A DNA stretch of 64,000 bases from a bacterium (GTDB lineage Bacteria > Oederibacteriota > JAJYGY01 > DAIDJD01): the NCBI GenBank assembly GCA_035485275.1, contig DATHOE010000019.1:27373-91372 (forward strand), written 5' to 3'. The notes beneath the pieces were generated by a model. That model had not been told where the DNA came from. It saw only the letters and a program-made list of their open reading frames with translations, and made no database searches. Shown here in pieces: positions 19,163 through 30,328 of the stretch (position 1 is its first letter; the number at the start of each line of letters is the position of its first letter). A program made the translations under genes and the position numbers.

Positions 19163-20985
19163 GCTTCGCGCTGGCGGCCGCGGCCTGGTTCGTGCTCGCC
19201 TGGCAGGGCGGCCTGCATCCCTGGCAGCAGGCCCTGGCCGCTGCGCTCCTGGCCCTGCTGGTTTGGCGGGGACGTTCCAGGATCCCCGCCTGGCGGGATC
19301 TGGGTGGAGTCGAACGCGTGCTGGTCCTGTTGATGGGCCTGGCGGGCCTGGCCACGATCCACAGCCTGCGGCCCCAGACCAGCCTCAACGCCTGGGCGGC
19401 GCTGGGCCTGGGACTCGCGGCGGCCTTTCTGCTCCGGCGCCGGCGCGAAGCGCTCGCGCCGACCGTGGCCAAACTTTGGATGTTCGGCGGCGGGGCCTTC
19501 ACCGCCGCGTTCCTGGCCTGGGGTTTGGCGGCCTGGATGCTGGGACCGCCTGCGCCGGATCCCGTGGATGTGGCCCGCTGGTTCTTCCCCAATCAAAACC
19601 TGCTCGCCGGCGGGGTGATCGTGCCCGCCATGCTGGTGGCCCTGGCCAGCCTGGCTTGGGCGCTGCCGCTTCGCGAGCGGCTGATTGCGCGGCTGAGCAT
19701 CGCCCTGGGCGGACTGGCCCTGGTCTGGGCCGGCTCGCGGGGGGCCTACCTCGCCTTGGCGGCCGGCTCCTTTTGGCTCGTGGCGCGCGGGCCCAAGCGC
19801 GGATGGGGCTTCAAAGGAAGGGTTGTGGCGCTCCTGTTGTGGGTCGCGGCCATGGCCTGCTGGGCGCCCTTCTCCCGCCTGGCCCTGCGCATACAGAACC
19901 AGGACAGGCCCGGGCTCCAGGACATGAACTACTATCGCCGCACCGATTTCTGGAAGGGAGCCGCGGAGCTGTCCCTGCGCAGCCCGCTCCTGGGCCAGGG
20001 GCCGGGCGCCTTCAGCGCCGCGGCCTATGGCCTGGACCTGCCCACCAGCTTGACCCCCACGGAACCCGTGGCCCGCTACCGCCTGTCCCTGGACCATGCG
20101 CACAATGAATGGCTGGAGGCCGCGGTGGAGGCGGGTTGGCCCATAGCCCTGATGCTCCTGCTGTGCGCCGGGGCCTGGAAGCTGAGGCGCTGGCGTTCGG
20201 AGCGACCGGACAAGGACCGCCTCGGCCTGGAAGCGGTGCTGATCGCGGCCGGGGCCCTCAGCTTGGTGGACATGAACCTGCGTACCCCGGCCCTGGCATG
20301 GGGCTTGATGCTCAGTTTCTGCGCCGTTGAACCTCTGCCCCGGGACGATGACGCGACAGCGCAGGGCCTTTCCTGGTCCGGGAAACTGGCCGTGATCGTC
20401 GCGGCCTTGGCCGTATTTTGCCTGGCGGGCTCGGCCCTGGCGGAGCGTTTCCGGAAGGACCAGGCCTCGGGCCATGCGGACGGGCGCCAGGCGCTGACCG
20501 CCATCTGTTTCCAGCCCCTGGACGCGGGGCTGGCGGTGTCGGCCCGGGACCAGGGCGTGGAGGCCTGGCCCTGGTCGGCCTGGGCGGGACGGCGCGATCC
20601 GGTGTGGTGGTGGGGCGAGGCCCTGCGTTCGACGCTGCCGGCGGAGCAAGCCGCGGACGCCCGGCAGGCCGTGGCCTTGCGGCCCTACTTCGCCCCGGGC
20701 TGGTACTGGCTTGGCTTGAAACTAGCCCAAAACAAGGACGCGGCCGGAGCCTCCCAAGCCATGGGTCAGGCCCTCAGCCTGGAGCCGAATTTCTGCCGGG
20801 TTTTGGCTTGGGAAGCGGACCAAGACGAAGCCAGGGGCGAGACCGCGGAGGCCCGGGACCTGGCGCGAAAGGTTTTTGCGGTGCACAGCATGAGAGTGTC
20901 CAGCCCGGACCCCTACACGTCTTACATCCAATCCGTAGACCCTGACTGGCTGAAAAGACAGGCCCCAAAAATCTTTACACGTTGA
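19159..20985 (+). CDS. O-antigen ligase/polymerase family (Wzy_C domain) membrane protein with C-terminal TPR-like region
   Basis: More than 10 helices. It has a WAGSRGAYLAL motif and a periplasmic-loop motif LDHAHNEWLEAAVEAGWP typical of Wzy_C (WaaL/PglL/PilO-type) proteins. The ATG overlaps the upstream stop (ATGA). Confidence 0.7.
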   Translation: MSFALAAAAWFVLAWQGGLHPWQQALAAALLALLVWRGRSRIPAWRDLGGVERVLVLLMGLAGLATIHSLRPQTSLNAWAALGLGLAAAFLLRRRREALAPTVAKLWMFGGGAFTAAFLAWGLAAWMLGPPAPDPVDVARWFFPNQNLLAGGVIVPAMLVALASLAWALPLRERLIARLSIALGGLALVWAGSRGAYLALAAGSFWLVARGPKRGWGFKGRVVALLLWVAAMACWAPFSRLALRIQNQDRPGLQDMNYYRRTDFWKGAAELSLRSPLLGQGPGAFSAAAYGLDLPTSLTPTEPVARYRLSLDHAHNEWLEAAVEAGWPIALMLLLCAGAWKLRRWRSERPDKDRLGLEAVLIAAGALSLVDMNLRTPALAWGLMLSFCAVEPLPRDDDATAQGLSWSGKLAVIVAALAVFCLAGSALAERFRKDQASGHADGRQALTAICFQPLDAGLAVSARDQGVEAWPWSAWAGRRDPVWWWGEALRSTLPAEQAADARQAVALRPYFAPGWYWLGLKLAQNKDAAGASQAMGQALSLEPNFCRVLAWEADQDEARGETAEARDLARKVFAVHSMRVSSPDPYTSYIQSVDPDWLKRQAPKIFTR

Positions 20986-21010
20986 CCCAGGGCTCGGGAC
21001 TGGTTATAGT
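20982..21010 (+). promoter_or_regulatory. Putative promoter of the hom-thrC operon, TTGACC-N17-TATAGT
   Basis: TTGACC at 20982-20987 (overlapping the upstream stop codon) and TATAGT at 21005-21010, with a 17-nt spacer. Confidence 0.55.
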
Positions 21011-21063
21011 ATTTTGCTTTTAATCCTTTTCAATAAAGGGTTTTTCGGCTTTTCCGCCAAACT

Positions 21064-22395
21064 ATGCCTAAAGTAAAAAAGAAGGTCACATTCGCATTGC
21101 TGGGCCTGGGAACCGTGGGCGTCGGCGTCGCTGAACTGCTGGAAAAAAACCGGCAGCTCATCGAGGGGCGCGTAGGCGCGAGCCTGGAGCTCAAGACGGC
21201 CCTGGTGCGCGACCTCAAAAAGGAGCGCCCCGGCGTCCCGGCCTCGGTGCGCATCACCACGGACCCGGAGGCCATCCTCAAGGACCCCGAAATCGACATC
21301 GTCGTCGAGGTCATGGGCGGCTTTGAGCCGGCATACGGGCTCATGCGCCGCGCCATCGAGGCGGGCAAGCACGTGGTGACGGCCAACAAGGCGGTTTTGG
21401 CCAAGCATTGGGACGAAATCTTCCAGCTGGCCCACGACAAATCCGTGGACGTCTACATGGAGGCCAGCGTCGGCGGGGGCATCCCCTGCGTGCAGGCCAT
21501 CAACGACGGCCTCGCCGCCAACCGCATCGAACGCATCACGGCCATCATCAACGGCACGACCAATTACATCCTCACGGGCATGGCCTCCCACGGCAAAAGC
21601 TTCGAGAAGGCCCTCAAGGACGCCCAGGCCAAGGGCTACGCCGAGGCCGACCCGAGCTTCGACATCGACGGCATGGACGCCTGCCACAAGCTCGCGATAT
21701 TGGGCTCGATCTCCTTCGACCAGCGGGTGCGCATCGAGGACGTCCACCTCCAGGGCATCCGCGGCATCACCAAGCAGGACATCGACATCGCCCGCCAGGA
21801 GATGGGCTGCGTGGTCAAGCACCTGGCCATGGCCCGCACCCGGGCCCAGGACGGCGCCCTGGAGGTCCAGGTCGTGCCCTGCCTGTTGCCGGTGGACCAC
21901 CTGCTCGCCCGCGTGGACGGGGTGAACAACGGCATCCTGGTCAAGGGCGACGCGGTGGGCGAGGTGCTCTTCAGCGGGCGCGGGGCGGGGAAGCTCCCCA
22001 CGGCCAGCTCGGTGATCAGCGACATCATCTTCGTGGCCCGCAACGTGGCCGTCGGCGTGGCCGGCAAGGTGCCGTCCATCCCCTACGACGTCGAGAAGGT
22101 GCAGAACCGCCGCATCGTTCCGGTCGACGAGATCAGCAACCGCTTCTTCGTGCGCCTGACCGCGGTGGACCAGCCCGGCGCCCTGGCGGCCATCGCCCGC
22201 GTCTTCGCGGACAGCGGCATCTCCATCTCCTCGGTGGCCCAGAACGAGAAGGAAAAGGGCTCCACCGTGCCGGTCTACGTCAGCACCTACCAGGCCTCGG
22301 AGAAGTCCATGCGCGAGGCCGTGGAGGCCCTGGAGCGCCTGCCCAGCGTGAAGCCCGGAACCCTGGTCCTGCGCCTGGAGGTCCCCGAGGCATGA
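21064..22395 (+). CDS. hom: Homoserine dehydrogenase
   Basis: N-terminal Rossmann motif LLGLGTVGVGV. Motifs VVTANKA and NGTTNYILT. C-terminal ACT domain. Confidence 0.95.
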   Translation: MPKVKKKVTFALLGLGTVGVGVAELLEKNRQLIEGRVGASLELKTALVRDLKKERPGVPASVRITTDPEAILKDPEIDIVVEVMGGFEPAYGLMRRAIEAGKHVVTANKAVLAKHWDEIFQLAHDKSVDVYMEASVGGGIPCVQAINDGLAANRIERITAIINGTTNYILTGMASHGKSFEKALKDAQAKGYAEADPSFDIDGMDACHKLAILGSISFDQRVRIEDVHLQGIRGITKQDIDIARQEMGCVVKHLAMARTRAQDGALEVQVVPCLLPVDHLLARVDGVNNGILVKGDAVGEVLFSGRGAGKLPTASSVISDIIFVARNVAVGVAGKVPSIPYDVEKVQNRRIVPVDEISNRFFVRLTAVDQPGALAAIARVFADSGISISSVAQNEKEKGSTVPVYVSTYQASEKSMREAVEALERLPSVKPGTLVLRLEVPEA

Positions 22396-23489
22396 GGGCG
22401 CACCTGTGGCAGGGCCTGATCCACCGCTGGAAACGCTACCTGCCGGTCAGCGCCAAGACGCCCGTGATCAGCCTGCACGAGGGCAACACTGACTTGGTGG
22501 ACGCCCCGGCCCTGGCGGCGCGCATCGACGCCGGCGGCGCCAAGGTTGAGCTTTGGCTGAAGATCGAGGGGCAGAACCCCACCGGCAGCTTCAAGGACCG
22601 GGGCATGACCCTGGCCGTGAGCAAGGCCGCCGAGGAGGGGTCCAAGGCCATCCTTTGCGCCAGCACGGGCAACACCTCGGCCTCCGCCGCGGCCTACGCG
22701 GTCCGTGCGGGCATGAAGTGCGTGGTCCTCCTCCCCAAGGGCAAGATCGCCCTGGGCAAGCTGGCCCAGGCCATGGTGCACGGGGCCACGGCCCTCGCCA
22801 TCGAGGGCAACTTCGACGACGCCCTGTCCATGGCGCGGGAAGCCGCCTCCAAATACCCCATCACCCTGGTCAACTCGGTCAACCCCTACCGCCTGCAGGG
22901 CCAGAAGACGGCCGCCTTCGAGATCGTCGAGCAGCTCGGCGACGCGCCGGACTTCCACAGCGTGCCCGTGGGCAACGCCGGCAACATCTCGGCCTACTGG
23001 ATGGGCTACCGCGAGGCGACCAAGCATGGGCTGTCCCGCACCCGGCCCCGCATGCTCGGCTTCCAGGCCGCGGGCGCGGCGCCCATCGTGCTGGGCAGGC
23101 CGGTCAAGCACCCCAAGACCATCGCCACCGCCATCCGCATCGGCAATCCGGCCAGTTGGGAGCTCGCGAACGCGGCCCTGCGCGAGAGCCGCGGACGCAT
23201 CGAGGCCGTCACCGACGCCGCCATCCTCAAAGCCTACCTTTTTCTCACCCGCCATGTGGGGGTCTTCTGCGAACCGGCCTCGGCCGCGTCGGTGGCCGGC
23301 GTCCTGCGCCTTTCCGACAGCGGCTGGTTCCGGAAGCAGGCCCGCGCGATGGGCCGCCGGAAGCTGAGGATCGTGTGCGTCCTGACCGGCCACGGCCTGA
23401 AGGATCCCGACCGCGCCATCGCAATGAGCCCCCAACCCAAGGTCATCCAGCCCAACCTGGCGGCTTTCGCCAGGGCTTTGGGGTGGTGA
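22392..23489 (+). CDS. thrC: Threonine synthase
   Basis: The ATG overlaps the hom stop (ATGA). The PLP-lysine motif NPTGSFKDRGM and the motif ASTGNTSAS are present. Confidence 0.95.
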   Translation: MRAHLWQGLIHRWKRYLPVSAKTPVISLHEGNTDLVDAPALAARIDAGGAKVELWLKIEGQNPTGSFKDRGMTLAVSKAAEEGSKAILCASTGNTSASAAAYAVRAGMKCVVLLPKGKIALGKLAQAMVHGATALAIEGNFDDALSMAREAASKYPITLVNSVNPYRLQGQKTAAFEIVEQLGDAPDFHSVPVGNAGNISAYWMGYREATKHGLSRTRPRMLGFQAAGAAPIVLGRPVKHPKTIATAIRIGNPASWELANAALRESRGRIEAVTDAAILKAYLFLTRHVGVFCEPASAASVAGVLRLSDSGWFRKQARAMGRRKLRIVCVLTGHGLKDPDRAIAMSPQPKVIQPNLAAFARALGW

Positions 23490-23507
23490 ACACCAGGAGA
23501 TAAGTCC

Positions 23508-24713
23508 ATGCCGCGATTCCTGCGCCTGACCCTCGCCGCCGTCCTGCTGGCCTCCGCGCCGGCCTTCGCCGACGAGTCCGCCGCCGTCCAAGCGTACGGC
23601 CAGGGCGTGGACCAAATGCAGTTGGGCAAATGGTCCTCCGCCGAATCGAGCTTCAGGAAGGCCGTGGAGCTGAAGCCGGACTACGCGGAGGCCTACGACA
23701 AGCTGGGCCTCAGCCTCTTCAACCAGAACGAGGAGATGGAGGCGGTCACGGATTTCAAGATCGCCGTGGCCATCGACCCCCGCCTCACCTCGGCCTGGTA
23801 CGACCTGGGACAGGGCTTCGAGAGGCTGGACCACGACACGCGCCTCAAGGACGACGACAAGACGCGCCAGCGCCTGCGCAAGACCGAGGTCGACGACGCC
23901 ATCGCCGCCTACCGCAAGGCCCTGGAGGTGCAGCCCGGCAACGACGTCGACGCCGAGGCCAACGCGCATTTCCGCCTGGGCGTCCTGCTCAGGGACGAGG
24001 CCATGCGGGCCTGGGCCCTGGCGCACGCCGAGCTCCCCGGCGCCACGTCCACGGACCGGCCCAGCCTGGAGCAGGCCAACCTCAAGGAGGCCATGCTGAA
24101 CCTGGAGGCGGCCAACGCCCTCGACCCGGACTTCCCGGAGAACCGCAACGAATTGGGGCGCCTGTATGACATCATCGGCCGCTACCCCGAGGCCATCGAG
24201 CAGTATGACCGCGCCATCGCGGAGCGGCCCGGCTACGCGGCCGCCTACAGCAACCGAGGCGTGGCCTGGTGGAAATCGGGCAACTGGGACCGGGCCCTGG
24301 CCGACACCCTCAAGGCCACCGAGATCGACCCCGGCTTCGCCGGCGGCCACTACAATTTCGCCGAGGTCCTCTTCGCCCATGTGCAGGTGCTGCACCTGAT
24401 CGACAGCGACGCGAGCTCGGACAGCTCGCTGCAGCACCTGGAGGCGCAGAAGGCCATCGCCGAGTACAAATGGGCCACGGACATAGACCCCGGCCTCATG
24501 CCGGCCTGGTACGGCCTGGCCAGGGCCTACCGCGGCTACTTCGACTTCGCCGACGCGGAAAAGACCTACGACAAGATCATGGACATGGACAAGCGCCAGC
24601 GCCAGGCCAAGATGGAGATGCGGGACATGCTCAAGCAGGAGGCGGGCTTCGTCAGCCACATCCCCCGCGACTACCGCCCCACCCCCACGCCCAACCTGAC
24701 CCCGGGAAGCTGA
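23508..24713 (+). CDS. Secreted TPR-repeat protein
   Basis: Signal peptide MPRFLRLTLAAVLLASAPAFA. Multiple 34-aa TPR-like units (AEAYDKLGLSLF..., AAAYSNRGVAWWKSGNWDRALAD...). Confidence 0.75.
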   Translation: MPRFLRLTLAAVLLASAPAFADESAAVQAYGQGVDQMQLGKWSSAESSFRKAVELKPDYAEAYDKLGLSLFNQNEEMEAVTDFKIAVAIDPRLTSAWYDLGQGFERLDHDTRLKDDDKTRQRLRKTEVDDAIAAYRKALEVQPGNDVDAEANAHFRLGVLLRDEAMRAWALAHAELPGATSTDRPSLEQANLKEAMLNLEAANALDPDFPENRNELGRLYDIIGRYPEAIEQYDRAIAERPGYAAAYSNRGVAWWKSGNWDRALADTLKATEIDPGFAGGHYNFAEVLFAHVQVLHLIDSDASSDSSLQHLEAQKAIAEYKWATDIDPGLMPAWYGLARAYRGYFDFADAEKTYDKIMDMDKRQRQAKMEMRDMLKQEAGFVSHIPRDYRPTPTPNLTPGS

Positions 24714-25933
24714 TGAAGTACGTCGTCGTGCTTATGGACGGCGTCAGCGACCGTCCCAGCGCCGCCTTGGGCGGACGCACCCCCCTGCAGGCCGCCCACA
24801 AGCCCAACCTGGACCGCCTGTGCGCGGCCGGGACCCTGGGCTCCATGAAGACCGGTCCGGAAAGCCTCCCCATGGGCTCCGACGTCGGCAACATGGCGGT
24901 CCTGGGCTACGATCCCAGCCGCTATTACAGCGGACGGGCGCCCCTGGAGGCCAAGGCCCTGGGCGTTGAGGTGAAGAAGGGCGAGTTCGCCTTCCGCGCC
25001 AACCTGGTCCACGTCGCCGACGGGGTCATGGACGACTACAGCGCCGGCCACATCAGCACCGAGGAGGGCCGCGAGCTGATCAAGATGCTGGACAAGAGGC
25101 TGGGCTCGGACAAGATCCGCCTGGCCGGGGGCACCCAGTACCGGCATCTGGCGCTGCTGAAGGGAAGCAGCTTCGAGAACGCCAAGTGCACGCCGCCCCA
25201 CGACATCACCGGACGCCCCATCGAGGAGTTCCTTCCCAAGGGCGCCGGTCACAAGGAAATCCGCCGTTTGATGGACGACAGCCGCTTCCTGCTGGAAGGC
25301 CACGAGGTGAACCGGGAGCGCCGCAGCGCGGGCAAGAAAACCGCCAACATGGTCTGGCTGTGGGGCCAGGGCAGGGCGGTGGAGCTGCCTTCCTTCGCCG
25401 AGCGTTACGGGCTCAAGGGCTCGGTCATCACGGCCGTGGACCTGATCCGCGGCCTGGGCGTGGCGGTGGGCCTGGACGTGGTCGAGGTCCCGGGCGCCAC
25501 GGGCTGGATCGACAGCAACTTCAAGGGCAAGGCCGAGGCGGCCCTCAAGTCCCTCAAGAAAAAGGACTTCGTCTTCGTGCACCTCGAGGCCACGGACGAG
25601 GCCGGGCACAAGGGCGACGCCCAGGCCAAGGTCAAGGCGGTGGAGCTGATCGACGCCGAGGTGGTGGGCCGCATCGCCGAAGGGCTGGCGGGCGCCGAGT
25701 GGCGCCTGCTGGTGACGCCGGACCACGCCACTCCCCTGGAAACCCGCACCCACGCCTATGACGCGGTGCCCTACTTCGTTTACGACAGCACCCGCCCCAG
25801 CGAGGGCGGGAAACCCTACACGGAAGCGGACGCCCTGGCCGCGGGGAAGACCCTGGAGAAGGGCTGGGACCTCATGCCGGCCTTCCTCAGGGGCTCCGCC
25901 GCGCCCGCCGGCGCCCCCGCGGGAGGCGACTGA
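24713..25933 (+). CDS. Cofactor-independent phosphoglycerate mutase family protein (ApgM type); the context suggests the 'proposed homoserine kinase' subgroup
   Basis: The ATG overlaps the TPR gene stop (TGATG). Metalloenzyme-superfamily motifs are VVLMDGVSDRP, FVFVHLEATDEAGHKGD and VTPDHATP. It sits between thrC and lysC, and no classical thrB is in the cluster. Confidence 0.75.
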   Translation: MKYVVVLMDGVSDRPSAALGGRTPLQAAHKPNLDRLCAAGTLGSMKTGPESLPMGSDVGNMAVLGYDPSRYYSGRAPLEAKALGVEVKKGEFAFRANLVHVADGVMDDYSAGHISTEEGRELIKMLDKRLGSDKIRLAGGTQYRHLALLKGSSFENAKCTPPHDITGRPIEEFLPKGAGHKEIRRLMDDSRFLLEGHEVNRERRSAGKKTANMVWLWGQGRAVELPSFAERYGLKGSVITAVDLIRGLGVAVGLDVVEVPGATGWIDSNFKGKAEAALKSLKKKDFVFVHLEATDEAGHKGDAQAKVKAVELIDAEVVGRIAEGLAGAEWRLLVTPDHATPLETRTHAYDAVPYFVYDSTRPSEGGKPYTEADALAAGKTLEKGWDLMPAFLRGSAAPAGAPAGGD

Positions 25934-25934
25934 G

Positions 25935-27155
25935 GTGGCTCTGATCGTCCACAAGTACGGCGGCTCCTCGGTGGCCACCCCCGGCCACATGAAGGCCGTG
26001 GCGGAACGCATCGTGAGGGCCCGCAAGCAGGGCCATGACCTGGTGGTGGTGGTGTCCGCCCCCGGCGACACGACCGACGAATTGATCGCGCTGGCCAGGC
26101 AGATCACGGAATACCCCGACGAACGCGAGATGGACGTCCTCCTGGCGACCGGCGAACAGCAGAGCATCGCCCTGCTGGCCATCGCCATCAAGGACCTGGG
26201 CTTCGACGCCATCAGCTTCACCGGGCCCCAGGTGGGCATCATCACCGACGAGTTCCACGGCAAGGCCCGCATCGTCAAGGTGGGCGACGAGAAGATCCAC
26301 AAGGCCCTCAAGCTGGGCAAGATCGTGATCGTGGCCGGCTTCCAGGGCCAGACCGCGGACGAGGACATCACCACCCTGGGCCGGGGCGGATCGGACCTGA
26401 CCGCCGTGGCCCTGGCCTCGGCCCTGTCCGCGGACCTGTGCGAGTTCTTCAAGGACGTGGACGGGGTCTACACCGCCAACCCCCACATGGTGCCCGGCGC
26501 CCGCAAGATCGACGCCCTGAGCTACGAAGAGATGCTGGAGATGGCCTCGGCCGGCGCCCAGGTGCTCAACGCCCGCAGCGTCGAGTTCGCCAAGAAGAAC
26601 AAGGTGCGCATCCATGTGCGCTCGTCGGCCCACGACGGGCTGGGGACATTCATACAAGAGGAGACGGCAGGCATGGAGGACGCGCTCATTTCGGGTGTCA
26701 CCTACAGCAAGGACGACTGCAAGCTGACGGTGCTGGGCATCAGGGACAAGCCGGGCATCGCGGCCGCCATCTTCCGCCCCCTGGCCGCGGCGGAGCTGAA
26801 CGTCGACATGATCGTGCAGGACGTGTCCGAGGCCGGCATCAACAACCTCTCCTTCACGGTCAGCAAGGGCGACCTGAAGAAGGCCCGCGACGTGCTGGAG
26901 AAGGTGGCCAAGGAGATGCAGGCCAGCGGCATCCAGGTCGACGAGGACGTGGCCAAGGTGAGCGTGGTGGGCGTGGGCATGCGCACCCACAGCGGCGTCG
27001 CCGCGCAGATGTTCGAGGCGCTGGCAAGGCACAACGTGAACATCGGCATGATCTCGACGTCCGAGATCAAGATCAGCGTGGTGATCCCGGAGAAGGACGT
27101 CGAGACCGCCGTGCGCGCGATCCACGAGCAGTTCAAACTTTCGGCGGTGGCGTGA
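25935..27155 (+). CDS. lysC: Aspartate kinase
   Basis: GTG start after GGGAGG. It has the motif VHKYGGSSV, and two C-terminal ACT domains. Confidence 0.95.
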   Translation: MALIVHKYGGSSVATPGHMKAVAERIVRARKQGHDLVVVVSAPGDTTDELIALARQITEYPDEREMDVLLATGEQQSIALLAIAIKDLGFDAISFTGPQVGIITDEFHGKARIVKVGDEKIHKALKLGKIVIVAGFQGQTADEDITTLGRGGSDLTAVALASALSADLCEFFKDVDGVYTANPHMVPGARKIDALSYEEMLEMASAGAQVLNARSVEFAKKNKVRIHVRSSAHDGLGTFIQEETAGMEDALISGVTYSKDDCKLTVLGIRDKPGIAAAIFRPLAAAELNVDMIVQDVSEAGINNLSFTVSKGDLKKARDVLEKVAKEMQASGIQVDEDVAKVSVVGVGMRTHSGVAAQMFEALARHNVNIGMISTSEIKISVVIPEKDVETAVRAIHEQFKLSAVA

Positions 27156-27289
27156 GCACCCCCGCCTCCAACGGGGTGGACGCCGACTACCGCGACTTCG
27201 CCCCCCTCTGGCACCTGAAGGCCGTCGCCCTGTCGGCGGCCGTCCTGGGGGCCTGCCTGTGGCCGGCGTGGAATCTCTTCCTGGGATGA
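27152..27289 (+). CDS. Candidate 45-aa single-helix membrane peptide, translationally coupled to lysC
   Basis: The GTG at 27152 overlaps the lysC stop (GTGA), the same junction used at several real gene pairs here. It contains a hydrophobic helix AVALSAAVLGACLWPAWNLFL. It could equally be a chance high-GC ORF. Confidence 0.25.
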   Translation: MSTPASNGVDADYRDFAPLWHLKAVALSAAVLGACLWPAWNLFLG

Positions 27290-27331
27290 CCCGGTCTTAG
27301 CCAGCCGGCATCCGCTACGAGGATCCAGGGT

Positions 27332-28899
<1,568 letters not shown>

Positions 28900-28903
<4 letters not shown>

Positions 28904-29724
28904 AGGCGAGCGCGCGGCCCATAGGCGTCTTCGACTCCGGCGTGGGCGGCCTGACCGTGGCGCGGGAGCTGCTGCGGCAGCTGCCCGGCGAGAAGCTCAT
29001 CTACCTCGGCGACACCGCCCGCACCCCCTACGGCAACAAGAGCCCGCAGACCCTGATCCGCTTCGCCCTGGAGACCGGGACCTTCCTGGCCCGCCGCGGG
29101 GTGAAGATGCTGGTGGTGGCCTGCAACAGCAGCAGCGCATACAGCCTGGGCGCCCTGCGCGAGCGCCTGAACATCCCCGTGGTGGGCGTCATCGAGGCCG
29201 GGGCCCGCGCCGCCGTGGCCGGCCGCCGCGGAAGGCCCATCGGCGTCATCGGCACCCGCGCCACGGTGCGCTCGGGGGCCTACGCCCGGGCCATCCACGC
29301 GCTGGATCCGCGGGCCCGGGTGGTGGCCCAGGCCTGCCCCCTGTTCGTGCCGCTGGTCGAGGAAGGCTGGACCGGCCACGCCCTGGCCGCCCAGGTGGCC
29401 CAGGAATACCTGCGCCCCCTGAAGCGCGAAAAGGTCGAGAGCGTGGTGCTGGGCTGCACCCACTATCCCCTGCTGAAGACCGTGCTCGCCAAGGTCCTGG
29501 GCCGCGACATCGCCCTGGTCGACTCGGCCAAGGAAGTGGCCCGCGAGGTGAAAACGCTGCTCAAAGCCAGCGGCCTCGCCAGCCCCCTGAAGACCGTGCC
29601 CTTCAAGCAGCACCTTTTTTTCGTCACCGACCCGCCCGAGCAGTTCGCCGGCCAGGTCAAGCGCTTCCTCGGCCGCCAGCCGGACATCCGGCCCGTGCGC
29701 CTGGCTGAACTGCCGGCAAAATAG
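28900..29724 (+). CDS. murI: Glutamate racemase
   Basis: Motifs GVFDSGVGGLTV, VVACNSSS and LGCTHYP. The GTG start overlaps the cimA stop. Confidence 0.95.
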
Positions 29725-29730
29725 GTCCTT

Positions 29731-30294
29731 ATGCCCCTGCGCACCCGACTCCTCGCCGGCACGCACCCCTACGACGGCTCGCCCCTGAAGGGCCATTGGG
29801 CCTACACCAGCCACGGCATCCAGGGCGACAGCCTGGTGGCCTTCGAAGGGCCCTGCGAGGTCGCGGTGGAGGCCCTGGCCGACCTGGAGGACGCCCGCGC
29901 GGGCGCCTTCATTTACAGCCCGCGCATGCTCCACTTCGTCCTGGAGCTCTTCGGCCCGGACCTGGAGCAGGCCGTGTCCCGGCAGTGGCTCATGGCCGCC
30001 ACAGCCCAGGACGAGGTCAACCGTTCCCAGAAAAGGGCCCGCTGCGATCGCGACGGCAACGACCTGTGGGTTGGGAAGCGGAAGCTGAGCGTGTCGATCG
30101 CGGCCCCCACCCTGGTCAGCGTCAAGGTGCACTTGGGCCTGAACATCGACGCCGAAGGGGCTCCCGTGAAGGCCATCGGGCTGAAGGACCTCGGGATAGC
30201 CACCCGCGCCTTCGCCCTGCGACTGCTTGAACGCTTCAGCGACGACCACGCCCGCATGCGCGGCGCCAGGACCAAGGTGCGGCCCTACCTTTGA
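29731..30294 (+). CDS. Hypothetical conserved protein (possibly DUF366-like)
   Basis: 187 aa and soluble. The family guess is from memory only and is weak. Confidence 0.5.
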   Translation: MPLRTRLLAGTHPYDGSPLKGHWAYTSHGIQGDSLVAFEGPCEVAVEALADLEDARAGAFIYSPRMLHFVLELFGPDLEQAVSRQWLMAATAQDEVNRSQKRARCDRDGNDLWVGKRKLSVSIAAPTLVSVKVHLGLNIDAEGAPVKAIGLKDLGIATRAFALRLLERFSDDHARMRGARTKVRPYL

Positions 30295-30328
30295 CCGAAG
30301 CCCCATGAACCCAATCTCTGGAAGATCC

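Noticed and set aside
22287-24659. 790-aa minus-strand ORF. The same applies to the other long antisense or alternate-frame ORFs (for example 19099-20649, 24671-26452, 26702-28825, 28444-30345, 44736-46514, 46439-48055, 47784-49910, 60973-62715).
   Set aside because: All overlap confidently identified genes (thrC, lysC, cimA, murI, nuoG and others) and have Arg/Gly/Pro/Ala-dominated translations. These are typical stop-codon-poor shadow frames in a high-GC genome.
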